37,500 nt of DNA from Burkholderiaceae bacterium. Lineage in GTDB: Bacteria > Pseudomonadota > Gammaproteobacteria > Burkholderiales > Burkholderiaceae_C. Shown here piece after piece: positions 18,859-27,407 of the stretch. Made by a program: the position numbers and the translations under genes. The first letter of the stretch is position 1, and every line of letters starts with the position of its first letter. The DNA lies in contig JANNMP010000158.1 in assembly GCA_031398015.1 (NCBI GenBank), forward strand, positions 1 to 37,500, written 5' to 3'. A model generated the notes under the pieces. That model was not told the origin of the DNA and did no database searches. It worked only from the letters and a program-made list of their open reading frames with translations.

Positions 18859-19849
18859 CATGGCCGCTGGTCTGGCGGCCAGCGTCGGCATGCGCGGGCT
18901 GTCTCTGGCCAGCGGGCAGCGGCTGTCGATCCTGATCTTCCATCGGGTCCTGGCGGCCCCTGACGCGCTGTTCCCCGCTGAAGTGGACGCAGCGCGCTTT
19001 GACCGCTTGATGGCATTGGTGGCACGCAGCTTCAACGTCTTGACGCTGGCCGATGCCGTGCGGCGTCTGGGCCAGGGCAACCTGCCACCCAGGGCCTTGT
19101 GCATCACCTTCGACGATGGCTATGCCGACAACCACGACATCGCCCTGCCGATCCTGCAACGCCACGGCCTGAGCGCCTGTTTCTTCATCGCCACCGGGTT
19201 CCTCGATGGTGGGCGCATGTTCAATGACTCGGTCATTGAGTGCGTGCGGCGCAGCAGCGCCAAGCGCATTGACCTGGCTGAATTTGGCCTGGGTGTGTTC
19301 GATCTGGGCACGCCCCAGCGCTGTGTGGCGGCGATCTCGACGTTGTTGCCCGTCATCAAGTACATGGGCCCGGCACAGCGCCAGGCTGCCTTGCAACGCT
19401 TGCAGCAGCACTGCCAACCCAGCCCCTTGCCAAACGACATGATGATGACGCGCGCCCAGGTGCGGGCCATGCATGCCGCTGGCATGGAGATCGGTGCCCA
19501 CACGGTGCAGCACCCGATCCTCAACCTGGTCGACGACGCCGAGGCTGAACGCGAGCTGGCCGACAGCCGCAGCCTGCTGCAGAACTTGATCGACCACCCG
19601 GTGGCGCTGTTTGCCTACCCGAACGGCCGGCCCGACAAAGACTATGGCCATCGGCACGCGGTGATTGCCGCGCGGCTTGGTTTTGCCGGCGCGGTGTCCA
19701 CCGCACCAGGTGTGGCAGCGCCAGGCAGTGATGTCTTTCAATTGCCGCGTTTCACGCCGTGGGACATGTCGCCAGTGCCCTGGCTTGCGCGGCTGGTTGC
19801 CAAGCGCCGAGGTGGCCCGTTCCAGATTGCCCGCCCTGCAACCGCCTGA
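18845..19849 (+). CDS. Polysaccharide deacetylase (NodB/CE4)
   Basis: ILIFHRV, ITFDDGYADN, EIGAHTVQHPIL, FAYPNG; start uncertain (18845/18860/18890). Confidence 0.9.
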   Translation: MSYADMAAGLAASVGMRGLSLASGQRLSILIFHRVLAAPDALFPAEVDAARFDRLMALVARSFNVLTLADAVRRLGQGNLPPRALCITFDDGYADNHDIALPILQRHGLSACFFIATGFLDGGRMFNDSVIECVRRSSAKRIDLAEFGLGVFDLGTPQRCVAAISTLLPVIKYMGPAQRQAALQRLQQHCQPSPLPNDMMMTRAQVRAMHAAGMEIGAHTVQHPILNLVDDAEAERELADSRSLLQNLIDHPVALFAYPNGRPDKDYGHRHAVIAARLGFAGAVSTAPGVAAPGSDVFQLPRFTPWDMSPVPWLARLVAKRRGGPFQIARPATA

Positions 19850-19900
19850 TGCCAGCGGCGGGCGGCCCGCATCCATGCCATCACGAGAGCTTTCACCACC

Positions 19901-20641
19901 ATGATTTCGCCGCTTGCCATCCGCCTGCGTGACCGCTACTACAACAACGCCTCGCACCCCTACCGGGTGTTCGAGCGGCATGTGCAGTCCCTGATCGGGC
20001 CACAGACCCAGGTGTTGCTGGACGCCGGTTGCGGCCGGACCATGCCGGTGCTGCAGAAGTTTCAAGGCAAGGTACCGAAGCTGATCGGTGTGGAGCTGGT
20101 TGATTTCACCGATGTGCCGGCCGGCATCGAGGCCCACAACGCCGACCTCGCCCGCCTGCCGGTGGCCGACAGCAGTGTCGACCTGGTGATGTCGCGCAGT
20201 GTGTTCGAGCACCTCACCGACCCCGCTGCGGTGTATGCCGAACTGGCCCGTGTGCTGCGGCCGGGTGGCAAAGTGGTGTTTCTCACCGCCAACTTCTGGG
20301 ACTACGGCACCCAGGTGGCGCGCCTGGTGCCCAACCGCTTCCATGCCAGGGTGGTGCGTGCTGTCGAGGGCCGCCCAGAGGAAGACACCTTCCCCACCGC
20401 CTACAAGACCAACACCCGGCGCGACATCGAGCGCCTGGCCCAGCATGCGCACCTGCAGGTGGCACGCATCGACTACCTGAGCCAGTACCCCAACTACCTG
20501 ATGTTCAGCGGCATCGCGTTTGCGGTCGGCATGGCCTTCGAGCGCCTGGTCAGCCGCTTCAACGCCTTGCGCGGCCTGAGGGGCTGGGTGATGGTCACGC
20601 TGGAAAAGCCCACCACACCCAGCACGGCCACAGCGCGCTAA
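19901..20641 (+). CDS. Class I SAM-dependent methyltransferase
   Basis: LLDAGCGR motif I, VDLVMSRSVFEHL, ARVLRPGG. Confidence 0.88.
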   Translation: MISPLAIRLRDRYYNNASHPYRVFERHVQSLIGPQTQVLLDAGCGRTMPVLQKFQGKVPKLIGVELVDFTDVPAGIEAHNADLARLPVADSSVDLVMSRSVFEHLTDPAAVYAELARVLRPGGKVVFLTANFWDYGTQVARLVPNRFHARVVRAVEGRPEEDTFPTAYKTNTRRDIERLAQHAHLQVARIDYLSQYPNYLMFSGIAFAVGMAFERLVSRFNALRGLRGWVMVTLEKPTTPSTATAR

Positions 20642-21582
20642 GCCAGGCCGGGCTTTCGCGCCACTACAACGCAGGAGACCGCCAGCTTGTGGCGGCGCGC
20701 GCGGTCCAGCGTGGTGCCCGACATCGGGAACGCCTGCAGGTCAATGACTTCGAAGCCCGATTGCCGCACCAGGTCAGCGGCGTGTTCCGGGCCGTTGAAC
20801 AGGAAGATGTGATCAGGCGCCGGGCTGTTGGCCGGCACATGCACATACAAGAGCCCGCCCGGGCGCAGCGCGTTGCCCGCGCTGCGCAACGCTGCCACCG
20901 GGTCTTCCAGGTGTTCGAGGATTTCGCTCATCACCAGGCTGTCAAAGCAGTCATCGGCGGCGGGCGGCGCGGCCAGAAACATGTCCTGCAACGACAGTGT
21001 CGCGCTCAGGCGGGCGCCAAGCCGCGCCAGGGCGTTGCGCGTTTTCTCGATGCTGGTCGGGCTGACATCCCAACCTGCAATGGCCCGCACATTCGGGCTT
21101 TGCGCGGCAAAGTACAGCAGCAGGCCATGCCCGGGGCCAATTTCCAAGTGCCGGCTGTTGGCCGGCAGTTGCGGCAGATACTGCGTCGCAAAGTGCGCGA
21201 AGGCATTGGCATGGTTGGCCCAGAACACGTTCGACAACAGCAGGCCGTTCATGTAGCGGGCCATGTAGCCAGCGTTTGCATAAATCTGTTCGTTGGCCTC
21301 TTTGAAGCTGGACAGTCGGTATTTTCCAGATCGCCGAAAGTGAATTTCCTCGGGCAGGACGATCTCTTCACACAAAAACCGGTAGTCGCTGACGAGTGTG
21401 TGCAGGCCGTCGGCCAGGTCGTCGGCAAGGGCCAGAATCGCTGCTGACAGCGTTTCGGAGACGTCCATGCTGCTTTGCGAGCGGCCGCTGAAGCTTGACG
21501 CCAGAAATTTCTCGTGGTCTGGCCAAGCCGCCAGTTGCTGCGCAACCAGTTTGGCCAGTGACGGGTGGTCGGTCGATATCAT
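20638..21582 (-). CDS. Class I SAM-dependent methyltransferase with N-terminal extension
   Basis: HLEIGPGHG, GWDVS, FDSLVMSEILEHLEDP, ALRPGG; start ATG 21582 or TTG 21588. Confidence 0.87.
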   Translation of the reverse strand: MISTDHPSLAKLVAQQLAAWPDHEKFLASSFSGRSQSSMDVSETLSAAILALADDLADGLHTLVSDYRFLCEEIVLPEEIHFRRSGKYRLSSFKEANEQIYANAGYMARYMNGLLLSNVFWANHANAFAHFATQYLPQLPANSRHLEIGPGHGLLLYFAAQSPNVRAIAGWDVSPTSIEKTRNALARLGARLSATLSLQDMFLAAPPAADDCFDSLVMSEILEHLEDPVAALRSAGNALRPGGLLYVHVPANSPAPDHIFLFNGPEHAADLVRQSGFEVIDLQAFPMSGTTLDRARRHKLAVSCVVVARKPGLA

Positions 21583-21584
21583 GT

Positions 21585-22088
21585 TCAAGGTCCAGGTGAT
21601 GAATCGGGCAGCACGGCAAGCCGATGGTCGCCAAAGGCATGGGCATGCCCAGGCGCCTCGATGAGCTCAATGATCGTGCTCAGCGGGCTGACAAAAAACT
21701 GAACCATGCCATTGCCAAAAGCGATGGCGGTTTGCGGTTTGCCGATCGGCGCGCAACCGGCAGCGCGCATGGCAGCAGTGCTGGCCGCCAGGTCGTGCAC
21801 GCGGTAGGCCACATGGTTGAGCAGGTTCTTGCGGGTTTTCATGGCGCCATACACCGGGCTCGTGGCATCGATCGGTTCAAGCAATTCGTAAACCATGCCA
21901 GCGGGGTCGCGGCCAAACAGAATGTGCACACCATTGACCGGGTCAGTGAAGCTTTGTGTCCAATCGTTGACGCCATGCACGGCAGCCAGCACCTGGCGCC
22001 CCTTGTGCAGGGATTTGACGACCAGGCCAAGGTGGTCAAACTGGGCCTGGGCGAGCGCGGCCAGTGGCATCACGGGGGTCATCGTCAT
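21585..22088 (-). CDS. VOC-fold protein (methylmalonyl-CoA epimerase/glyoxalase-like)
   Basis: FDHLGLVV, YELLEP, LNHVAYRV, IELIE: His/Glu/His/Glu metal-ligand pattern. Confidence 0.85.
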   Translation of the reverse strand: MTMTPVMPLAALAQAQFDHLGLVVKSLHKGRQVLAAVHGVNDWTQSFTDPVNGVHILFGRDPAGMVYELLEPIDATSPVYGAMKTRKNLLNHVAYRVHDLAASTAAMRAAGCAPIGKPQTAIAFGNGMVQFFVSPLSTIIELIEAPGHAHAFGDHRLAVLPDSSPGP

Positions 22089-22121
22089 TGGGCCTTGGTT
22101 GCCAGGTTGCTGGGCGCCAAT

Positions 22122-23447
22122 TCAATGCAGCCGGGCGTTGCCAGGGCAGGCCTGCACGGCGCAGCGGTAGCGCTGGGCATCGGCCAGCGCCTGCGGGTTG
22201 GCGCTGCGCCAGCGCTCACGCGCCTGGCGCACCTGAAAAACCCGCTGTGCCACTGTCTCCGGGCGCAGTTCTGCGCCCAGCGCGGATTCCGATGCCGATG
22301 CCGATGACGCTGTTGGCGCGGCGGGCGCGCCGATCCACGCTGCGGTGATGCGCTGGCCGAGGATGGCGTTGTAGTGCACCGGGTCCCAGAAAGCGGCCAT
22401 TGCTGCGCGCCTGTCACCACGCGCCGGCACCGGCTGCAGGTAATCGGCTTCATAACCGCCAAAGTCCCAGACGGTCACATCCATGCCACGCTGCCGGGCG
22501 TGGTGCGCAGCATCGGCCAAGGCATGTTTCCAACGGTCGAAGTCAGGCCAGTGGCCAAGCGCGTCAATGAGTTCGTGGTGAGAGACATGGGACGGTTGCA
22601 CCGCCATTTTCACCGCCATCTTGTGCTGCGCCGCCAACCCCAGCATTGCCGACACCGCAGCCATGCCGCGGATCGCCCCGTCGGGCGCCACGCCCAACTG
22701 GTGTGGTTTTGCAAAGCGCCGCGCGGTCAGCAGGTGCTTTTGATGGAACAGCGCGCCGGCACCATCGGCCTGTGTCCAGGCCTGCAATTGCCATTCAGAC
22801 GAGTTTCCACCAGGCAGCAGATTGGGCCCCGCAGCACGTTGGCTGGCGCGCAGCGTGGCCAAACTGTCGACCAGTGCTGACACGGTCAGCAACGACGTGG
22901 CCGCATCACGCCACAGCAGGCCTGGCTGCAACAAGCCGCCCGATGTGCGCCGCGCCAGCGCCTGCAACCGCTCGGCTTGCTGCTGATCAGCGTCGTTGGC
23001 AACGGGCTGGGGTGCCGTTGCAGGGCGCACCTGTGACAGAAACGATTCAAAGTCCAGCCCGACCACCAGGGTTGTTGGCAGCCTGTCCGGCTGGCAATGT
23101 GCCAGCAGCATGTTGAGCAACGGCAGGGCATCATGCAGATTGGTGCCGGCAACGCTCAGGTTGTAGACCGGCTGCATCGCTTGCGGCCAGGCAGGCCCGC
23201 TCGGGTCAAGCCCGATGCCCGAACGCGAGCTGCCGATGATCAGCGTCTTGCCGCAGGCACGGCTGGCCTGGTAGGCCTTCATCATCGGCTCGTGGGTGGT
23301 GACAGCTGGCTTGATGTGGTTGAAGCCGGCAAAACGCGCCTGACCGAACACCAGATACGGGTCCACCACCCAGCACAGCGCCGCCGCCAGTGCGGCCAGG
23401 CCCAGTGCCACACCGAATATCCAGCTCAAGAAGCGGCGCTCGGACAT
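22122..23447 (-). CDS. Membrane-anchored SGNH-like periplasmic protein (AlgJ/DltD-like acyltransferase candidate)
   Basis: N-terminal TM followed by VDPY, block I IIGSSRS, block V FWDPVHY (DxxH); directly downstream of an MBOAT. Confidence 0.7.
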   Translation of the reverse strand: MSERRFLSWIFGVALGLAALAAALCWVVDPYLVFGQARFAGFNHIKPAVTTHEPMMKAYQASRACGKTLIIGSSRSGIGLDPSGPAWPQAMQPVYNLSVAGTNLHDALPLLNMLLAHCQPDRLPTTLVVGLDFESFLSQVRPATAPQPVANDADQQQAERLQALARRTSGGLLQPGLLWRDAATSLLTVSALVDSLATLRASQRAAGPNLLPGGNSSEWQLQAWTQADGAGALFHQKHLLTARRFAKPHQLGVAPDGAIRGMAAVSAMLGLAAQHKMAVKMAVQPSHVSHHELIDALGHWPDFDRWKHALADAAHHARQRGMDVTVWDFGGYEADYLQPVPARGDRRAAMAAFWDPVHYNAILGQRITAAWIGAPAAPTASSASASESALGAELRPETVAQRVFQVRQARERWRSANPQALADAQRYRCAVQACPGNARLH

Positions 23448-23450
23448 GGC

Positions 23451-25067
23451 TCAGAACTGCCAATAAAGAAATTCACTGACCTGGTTCAGGCTCATCACGC
23501 CGGCCAGCAAGGTGACGCCGAACACTGTTGCCCAGCGGGCGTTCAAGGACACCGACCAAGGCCCGACAGGTGATGCCTTCTTGCCCAGCGCCGGGTTGAA
23601 CCTGGCCATCAGCTCCAGGGAATTGGGCAAGGTGGTTGCTGCAACCAGCAGCACAACGGCCCAGAGGACCAAGCTGACAAACCCCGTGCCTGAATAGAAA
23701 TCGCCCGAGACACCGGCCGCCTGCAGCCAGGCGCCGGGCGCGCCCAGGCGGCCCAGCACGGCCTGCGGCAGCACGGCGCCGTCCAGCCCCAGCATGGCGC
23801 GCATCATGTGCAGCGCACCGGCGACAGTCTGGCTCTTGAACAACGCCATCGCAAACACCACACAGGCCAGCGTCAGCACAAAGCCAATCGGCCGCATCAC
23901 ACGCTGGTAGCGCTGGCGGTTCCAGCGCGGCCGCCATTGCCGCCAAGCATGGTTGACCACCAGCAAACTGCCATGCAACAGGCCATACAGCACGAACGTC
24001 ATGCCAGCGCCGTGCCACAGGCCCGACAGGAACATGGTGATCAGCGTCGGTGTCGCCACCAGCACAAAAAACGCAGCCGGTCTGGAGCCAGCCGCTGCCA
24101 CCATTGATTTGCCCTGGGCCATGCGTTTGCGTGTCAGATGCAGCGCGATGGGCGCGTAGATGTACGCTGTCAGAAAGCGCGTCAAGGTCATGTGCCATCG
24201 GTTCCAGAAATCGATGATGCTGGTGGCCTTGAGCGGCGAGTCGAAGTTCACCGGCAAGCGAATGCCAAACATGCGGGCCAGCCCGATGGCCATGTCGGAG
24301 TAGCCTGAAAAATCAAAATAAACCTGCAGCGTGAAAGCCAGTGCGCCAAGCCAGGCGTAGAACAACCCAAGTGGCTCACCACGGTCACTCATGGCAAACA
24401 AGCTGCTGGCGTGTGGCGCAATGCCGTCGGCCAGCACAGCCTTTTTGAACAAGCCCATGGCAAACAGGCACAAGCCGATGCACAGATTGTGCAGCTCGAT
24501 TTGCGGTGTGGCCTTTTGAAACTGCGGCACCATCTCGCGGTAGTGCACGATCGGCCCGGCAATCAACTGCGGGAAGAAGGCCACAAAGATCAGAAAGTCG
24601 ACCAGTTCAAACTGCTTGACGTTGCCGACACGCACATCAACCAAGAACGCAATCTTCTGGAAGGTGATGAACGAAATGCCCAGCGGCAGCAAAATCTCCA
24701 ACAGCGGCCATTGCGTCAGAAATACCTGGTTGATGCTGTCGACAAAGAAATTGCGGTATTTGAAGTAACCCAGAAAACAAAGGTTGAAAACGATGCCGGC
24801 AAGCAGCATGGCCGACGCGGTGCGGTCAGGTTGCTTGTGGTTTGCAACGCGGTGCTGCAGGGCACGGGCCAAGAAGTAGTTGACGACCAGCGACGGCGCG
24901 ATGATCAACAGGTTGATCGGGTTCCAGATGGTGTAGAAGACCGCTGAGCAAGCCACCAGCCACCACAGTGGCCAGCGTGCTGTGCCGGCCCGCGCGGCCA
25001 GCAGCGCATAACCCAACAGCACGATTGGCAAGAAGCCGAAGACAAATGCGTAGGAGTTGAACAGCAT
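23451..25067 (-). CDS. MBOAT family O-acyltransferase (AlgI/DltB-like)
   Basis: MLFNS start, LPLGISFITFQ, FFPQLIAGPI, YFDFSGYSDMAIG, FWNRWHMTL, GLWHGA (catalytic His), FLYWQF end. Confidence 0.95.
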   Translation of the reverse strand: MLFNSYAFVFGFLPIVLLGYALLAARAGTARWPLWWLVACSAVFYTIWNPINLLIIAPSLVVNYFLARALQHRVANHKQPDRTASAMLLAGIVFNLCFLGYFKYRNFFVDSINQVFLTQWPLLEILLPLGISFITFQKIAFLVDVRVGNVKQFELVDFLIFVAFFPQLIAGPIVHYREMVPQFQKATPQIELHNLCIGLCLFAMGLFKKAVLADGIAPHASSLFAMSDRGEPLGLFYAWLGALAFTLQVYFDFSGYSDMAIGLARMFGIRLPVNFDSPLKATSIIDFWNRWHMTLTRFLTAYIYAPIALHLTRKRMAQGKSMVAAAGSRPAAFFVLVATPTLITMFLSGLWHGAGMTFVLYGLLHGSLLVVNHAWRQWRPRWNRQRYQRVMRPIGFVLTLACVVFAMALFKSQTVAGALHMMRAMLGLDGAVLPQAVLGRLGAPGAWLQAAGVSGDFYSGTGFVSLVLWAVVLLVAATTLPNSLELMARFNPALGKKASPVGPWSVSLNARWATVFGVTLLAGVMSLNQVSEFLYWQF

Positions 25068-25073
25068 GGCTGT

Positions 25074-27020
25074 TCAAGCGCCGGCCTGGGGCCTGGCCTG
25101 GGCCGCGTCAGCAATTGGTTCAGGCACGGCGCTGGCGGCAATTTGCTGCACCTGGATGTGGCAGTCGCGCGGCGTGAAATTGGCAATGTCCAGCGACCAA
25201 GCCGACGCCTCGCCGTCAGCGCCGGGTTGGCCATTCAGACTGCTGAACCCCAGGGCGGCATAGTGGTCTTGCACCAGGGCATTTTTGGCTGTTGGCAAGA
25301 ACCAGCCGACGATGCGCGTGGCGCCGCGCGCTTGCGCCAACGCCACCAAGACATTGAGCACAGCACGTTCAACCCCACGGTTGAGCACCCGGCAACTCAT
25401 CAGCCAAGTGTCAATCAATACCTCGGCACCGGCTTGTGTGGCAACCACCACGCTGATCATGCCGTTGTCGCCAAAGCGGTCGGTCAGCCGCACTTGCAGC
25501 GTGATGGCCATGGGGTCGTGCTCCAGCGCCTCAACCTCGGCCATGGTGCGCCGGCGGGTGGTGAGGTTGAACTGGTTGGTCTTGTTGATGAGCTGTGTGA
25601 TGCGCGCGCGCCCGACAGCGTCAAACGCCGAGAACTCGGCAACCATGTCGAGCGAGGCCAGATGGCCGTGCAAATCACTGCCGACCACCAGCGCGGCCTC
25701 GCGTGCAGCGTTTTGCTGGTACTGGCCCGCACGCAAGCGGTCATCGTCGGTGAACAACACCGACTCGAAGTAACCCGCCGCCAGCAGCAGCGCCGGATAG
25801 TGCTCGGCAGCGCTGGGCAACTCGGGCACGCCGACTTCGGGCAATGCCTGGCGCACCTGGTGCCGCTCGGTCGGGTTGTCATCGAGCAAGACCAGCGAAT
25901 CAACGCCGATGTTCAAGGCGCCGGCGATGGCCCGCAGGTTGGCGGCCTTGTCCTGCCAGTTGGCGTGGAACGCGGCAATGTGGTGCTCACGCAGCAGCAT
26001 GTCGGGGTGTTCGCGAAACGCTTGTCTGGCCAGTGCATCGTTGTTCTTGGACGAGACCGCCAAGATCACGCCGCGATCACGCAGCGCCAGCGCGCAGGCC
26101 TGCACGGCCAAGAACGCTTCACCCTGGCCGCTGCCTTGGCCCAGCACGATGCCGCCCAGGCCATCGTCGCCAATCACCCCTCCCCACAGCGTGTTGTCGA
26201 GGTCCAGCACCAGGCACTTGCGCGCCAGCCCGCAGCTGGCCATCAGCAAGCGGCAAACATGGTCGGCATACAGAGGCAGCACCTGCGGCGCCATCGCAAT
26301 CTTGCCCACATGCCACAGCCCCGGATGGTGCCAGCGCGTGGCGCCCACTTGCGCCGCGATGCTGGCCACGTCCAGCAGCAGCACGCCAGGCGGCAAACGT
26401 GCGCAGAGCTGCTGGTTGAATTGCTGCAGCAACCAGCGCAAGCTGCCGGGAACCAGCGCGTCCAAGCTGCCAAACAGCGCACCGGTCGGCTCTGCCAAGG
26501 TTTGCACCAGCACCTGGCAGCCGGCGTGTTCAAGCAGCGCTGCCGCTGCCCCCAGCAATTGGTCCACCGCCGCCCTCACGCGCTGCTCGGCCAGCGCCTG
26601 GTTGCCTGGGCAAGGGCTCATGTCAAAGCCGCGCCAATCGACTGCCAGCAGCACGAACTGCGGGCGGGCTGCCGCCGTGCTGGATGCCGGGTCCAGGGCC
26701 TCTTGCATCCAGCTGCCAAATGCCCCGGCCGAAACGTTCAACAGCAGGCCGTGGCGGGGTGCGGTGGCGGCGATGGCCGTGGCGCTGAAGTCCTGGGTGG
26801 CATTGGACAGCAGCCGCAAGTGCAGCACGGTGTCGCCGCTGGTGTTTGCCGCGTGCGCACACGCGCGCGCCAGCACGCTCAGCTGCGATGCATCGAGCCG
26901 GTGCGTGGCCAGCCGCCTGAGAGCCTGGGTATCGGCCGCCGCCGATTGCCGAAACAGCCGCACATCGTCACGAAAGCCGGGCGGCGGCGCTGGCAACCAG
27001 GGCAGTTCAAGCAAGTCCAT
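25074..27020 (-). CDS. FkbH-like HAD-IIIC glyceryl transferase/phosphatase with C-terminal GNAT-like domain
   Basis: KCLVLDLDNTLWGG, SSKNN, LDDNPTER, KTNQFNLT, DRFGDNG, MSCRVL (Cys acceptor). Confidence 0.92.
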   Translation of the reverse strand: MDLLELPWLPAPPPGFRDDVRLFRQSAAADTQALRRLATHRLDASQLSVLARACAHAANTSGDTVLHLRLLSNATQDFSATAIAATAPRHGLLLNVSAGAFGSWMQEALDPASSTAAARPQFVLLAVDWRGFDMSPCPGNQALAEQRVRAAVDQLLGAAAALLEHAGCQVLVQTLAEPTGALFGSLDALVPGSLRWLLQQFNQQLCARLPPGVLLLDVASIAAQVGATRWHHPGLWHVGKIAMAPQVLPLYADHVCRLLMASCGLARKCLVLDLDNTLWGGVIGDDGLGGIVLGQGSGQGEAFLAVQACALALRDRGVILAVSSKNNDALARQAFREHPDMLLREHHIAAFHANWQDKAANLRAIAGALNIGVDSLVLLDDNPTERHQVRQALPEVGVPELPSAAEHYPALLLAAGYFESVLFTDDDRLRAGQYQQNAAREAALVVGSDLHGHLASLDMVAEFSAFDAVGRARITQLINKTNQFNLTTRRRTMAEVEALEHDPMAITLQVRLTDRFGDNGMISVVVATQAGAEVLIDTWLMSCRVLNRGVERAVLNVLVALAQARGATRIVGWFLPTAKNALVQDHYAALGFSSLNGQPGADGEASAWSLDIANFTPRDCHIQVQQIAASAVPEPIADAAQARPQAGA

Positions 27021-27070
27021 AGGTGCACATCAGAGGATGGAGGTGGCCAGGCGAGACAGTCGTCGGCCAA

Positions 27071-27103
27071 GCCTGTGCCTGGGCCTGTGCCTGAGCCTGT
27101 GCC
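27071..27103. repeat. Three GCCTGTGCC copies with 12-bp period in the ACP-FkbH spacer
   Basis: Copies at 27071, 27083 and 27095; adjacent palindrome GCCCGT-ca-ACGGGC at 27101-27114. Confidence 0.7.
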
Positions 27104-27167
27104 CGTCAACGGGCCGGCCAGCCGAGGGGCCAGCGGCAGTCGATGGCAGTGGCTGGTCCAGGCGCGG

Positions 27168-27407
27168 CTACAGCATGCCGGCGACCATGTCGAGCAGTTC
27201 GCCGACGTTCTCGACCGACGTGATCTGGTGCGCGCTGAAGGTCACGCCGAAGGCCTGCTCCAGGGCAATCATGATGCGCACATTGGCCAGGCTGTCCCAA
27301 CCCTCCACATCAGCGGCCGTGGTGGCAGGCGTGAGCTGCAAGCTGTCCAGGTCGAGCTGGTCCTGGATGACCTCCGTCAGCTTCGCCAATATCTGTTCGC
27401 GCGACAT
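27168..27407 (-). CDS. Acyl carrier protein
   Basis: 79 aa, acidic, DVEGWDSLANV phosphopantetheine Ser motif; GGAG/AGGTG upstream. Confidence 0.92.
   Translation of the reverse strand: MSREQILAKLTEVIQDQLDLDSLQLTPATTAADVEGWDSLANVRIMIALEQAFGVTFSAHQITSVENVGELLDMVAGML

Noticed and set aside
22289-22306. (CCGATG)3 microsatellite in the SGNH-like gene
   Set aside because: Encodes a short Ser-Ala linker; in-frame and only three units.
25074-25140. VPEP near the C-terminus of the FkbH protein as a PEP-CTERM sorting signal
   Set aside because: It is followed by IADAAQARPQAGA, with no hydrophobic TM helix or basic tail, and the protein has no signal peptide.
25074-27407. FkbH+ACP as part of a polyketide (methoxymalonyl or tetronate) cluster
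   Set aside because: No ketosynthase, FabH-like enzyme or FkbI/FkbK dehydrogenases; neighbours are polysaccharide-acylation genes.
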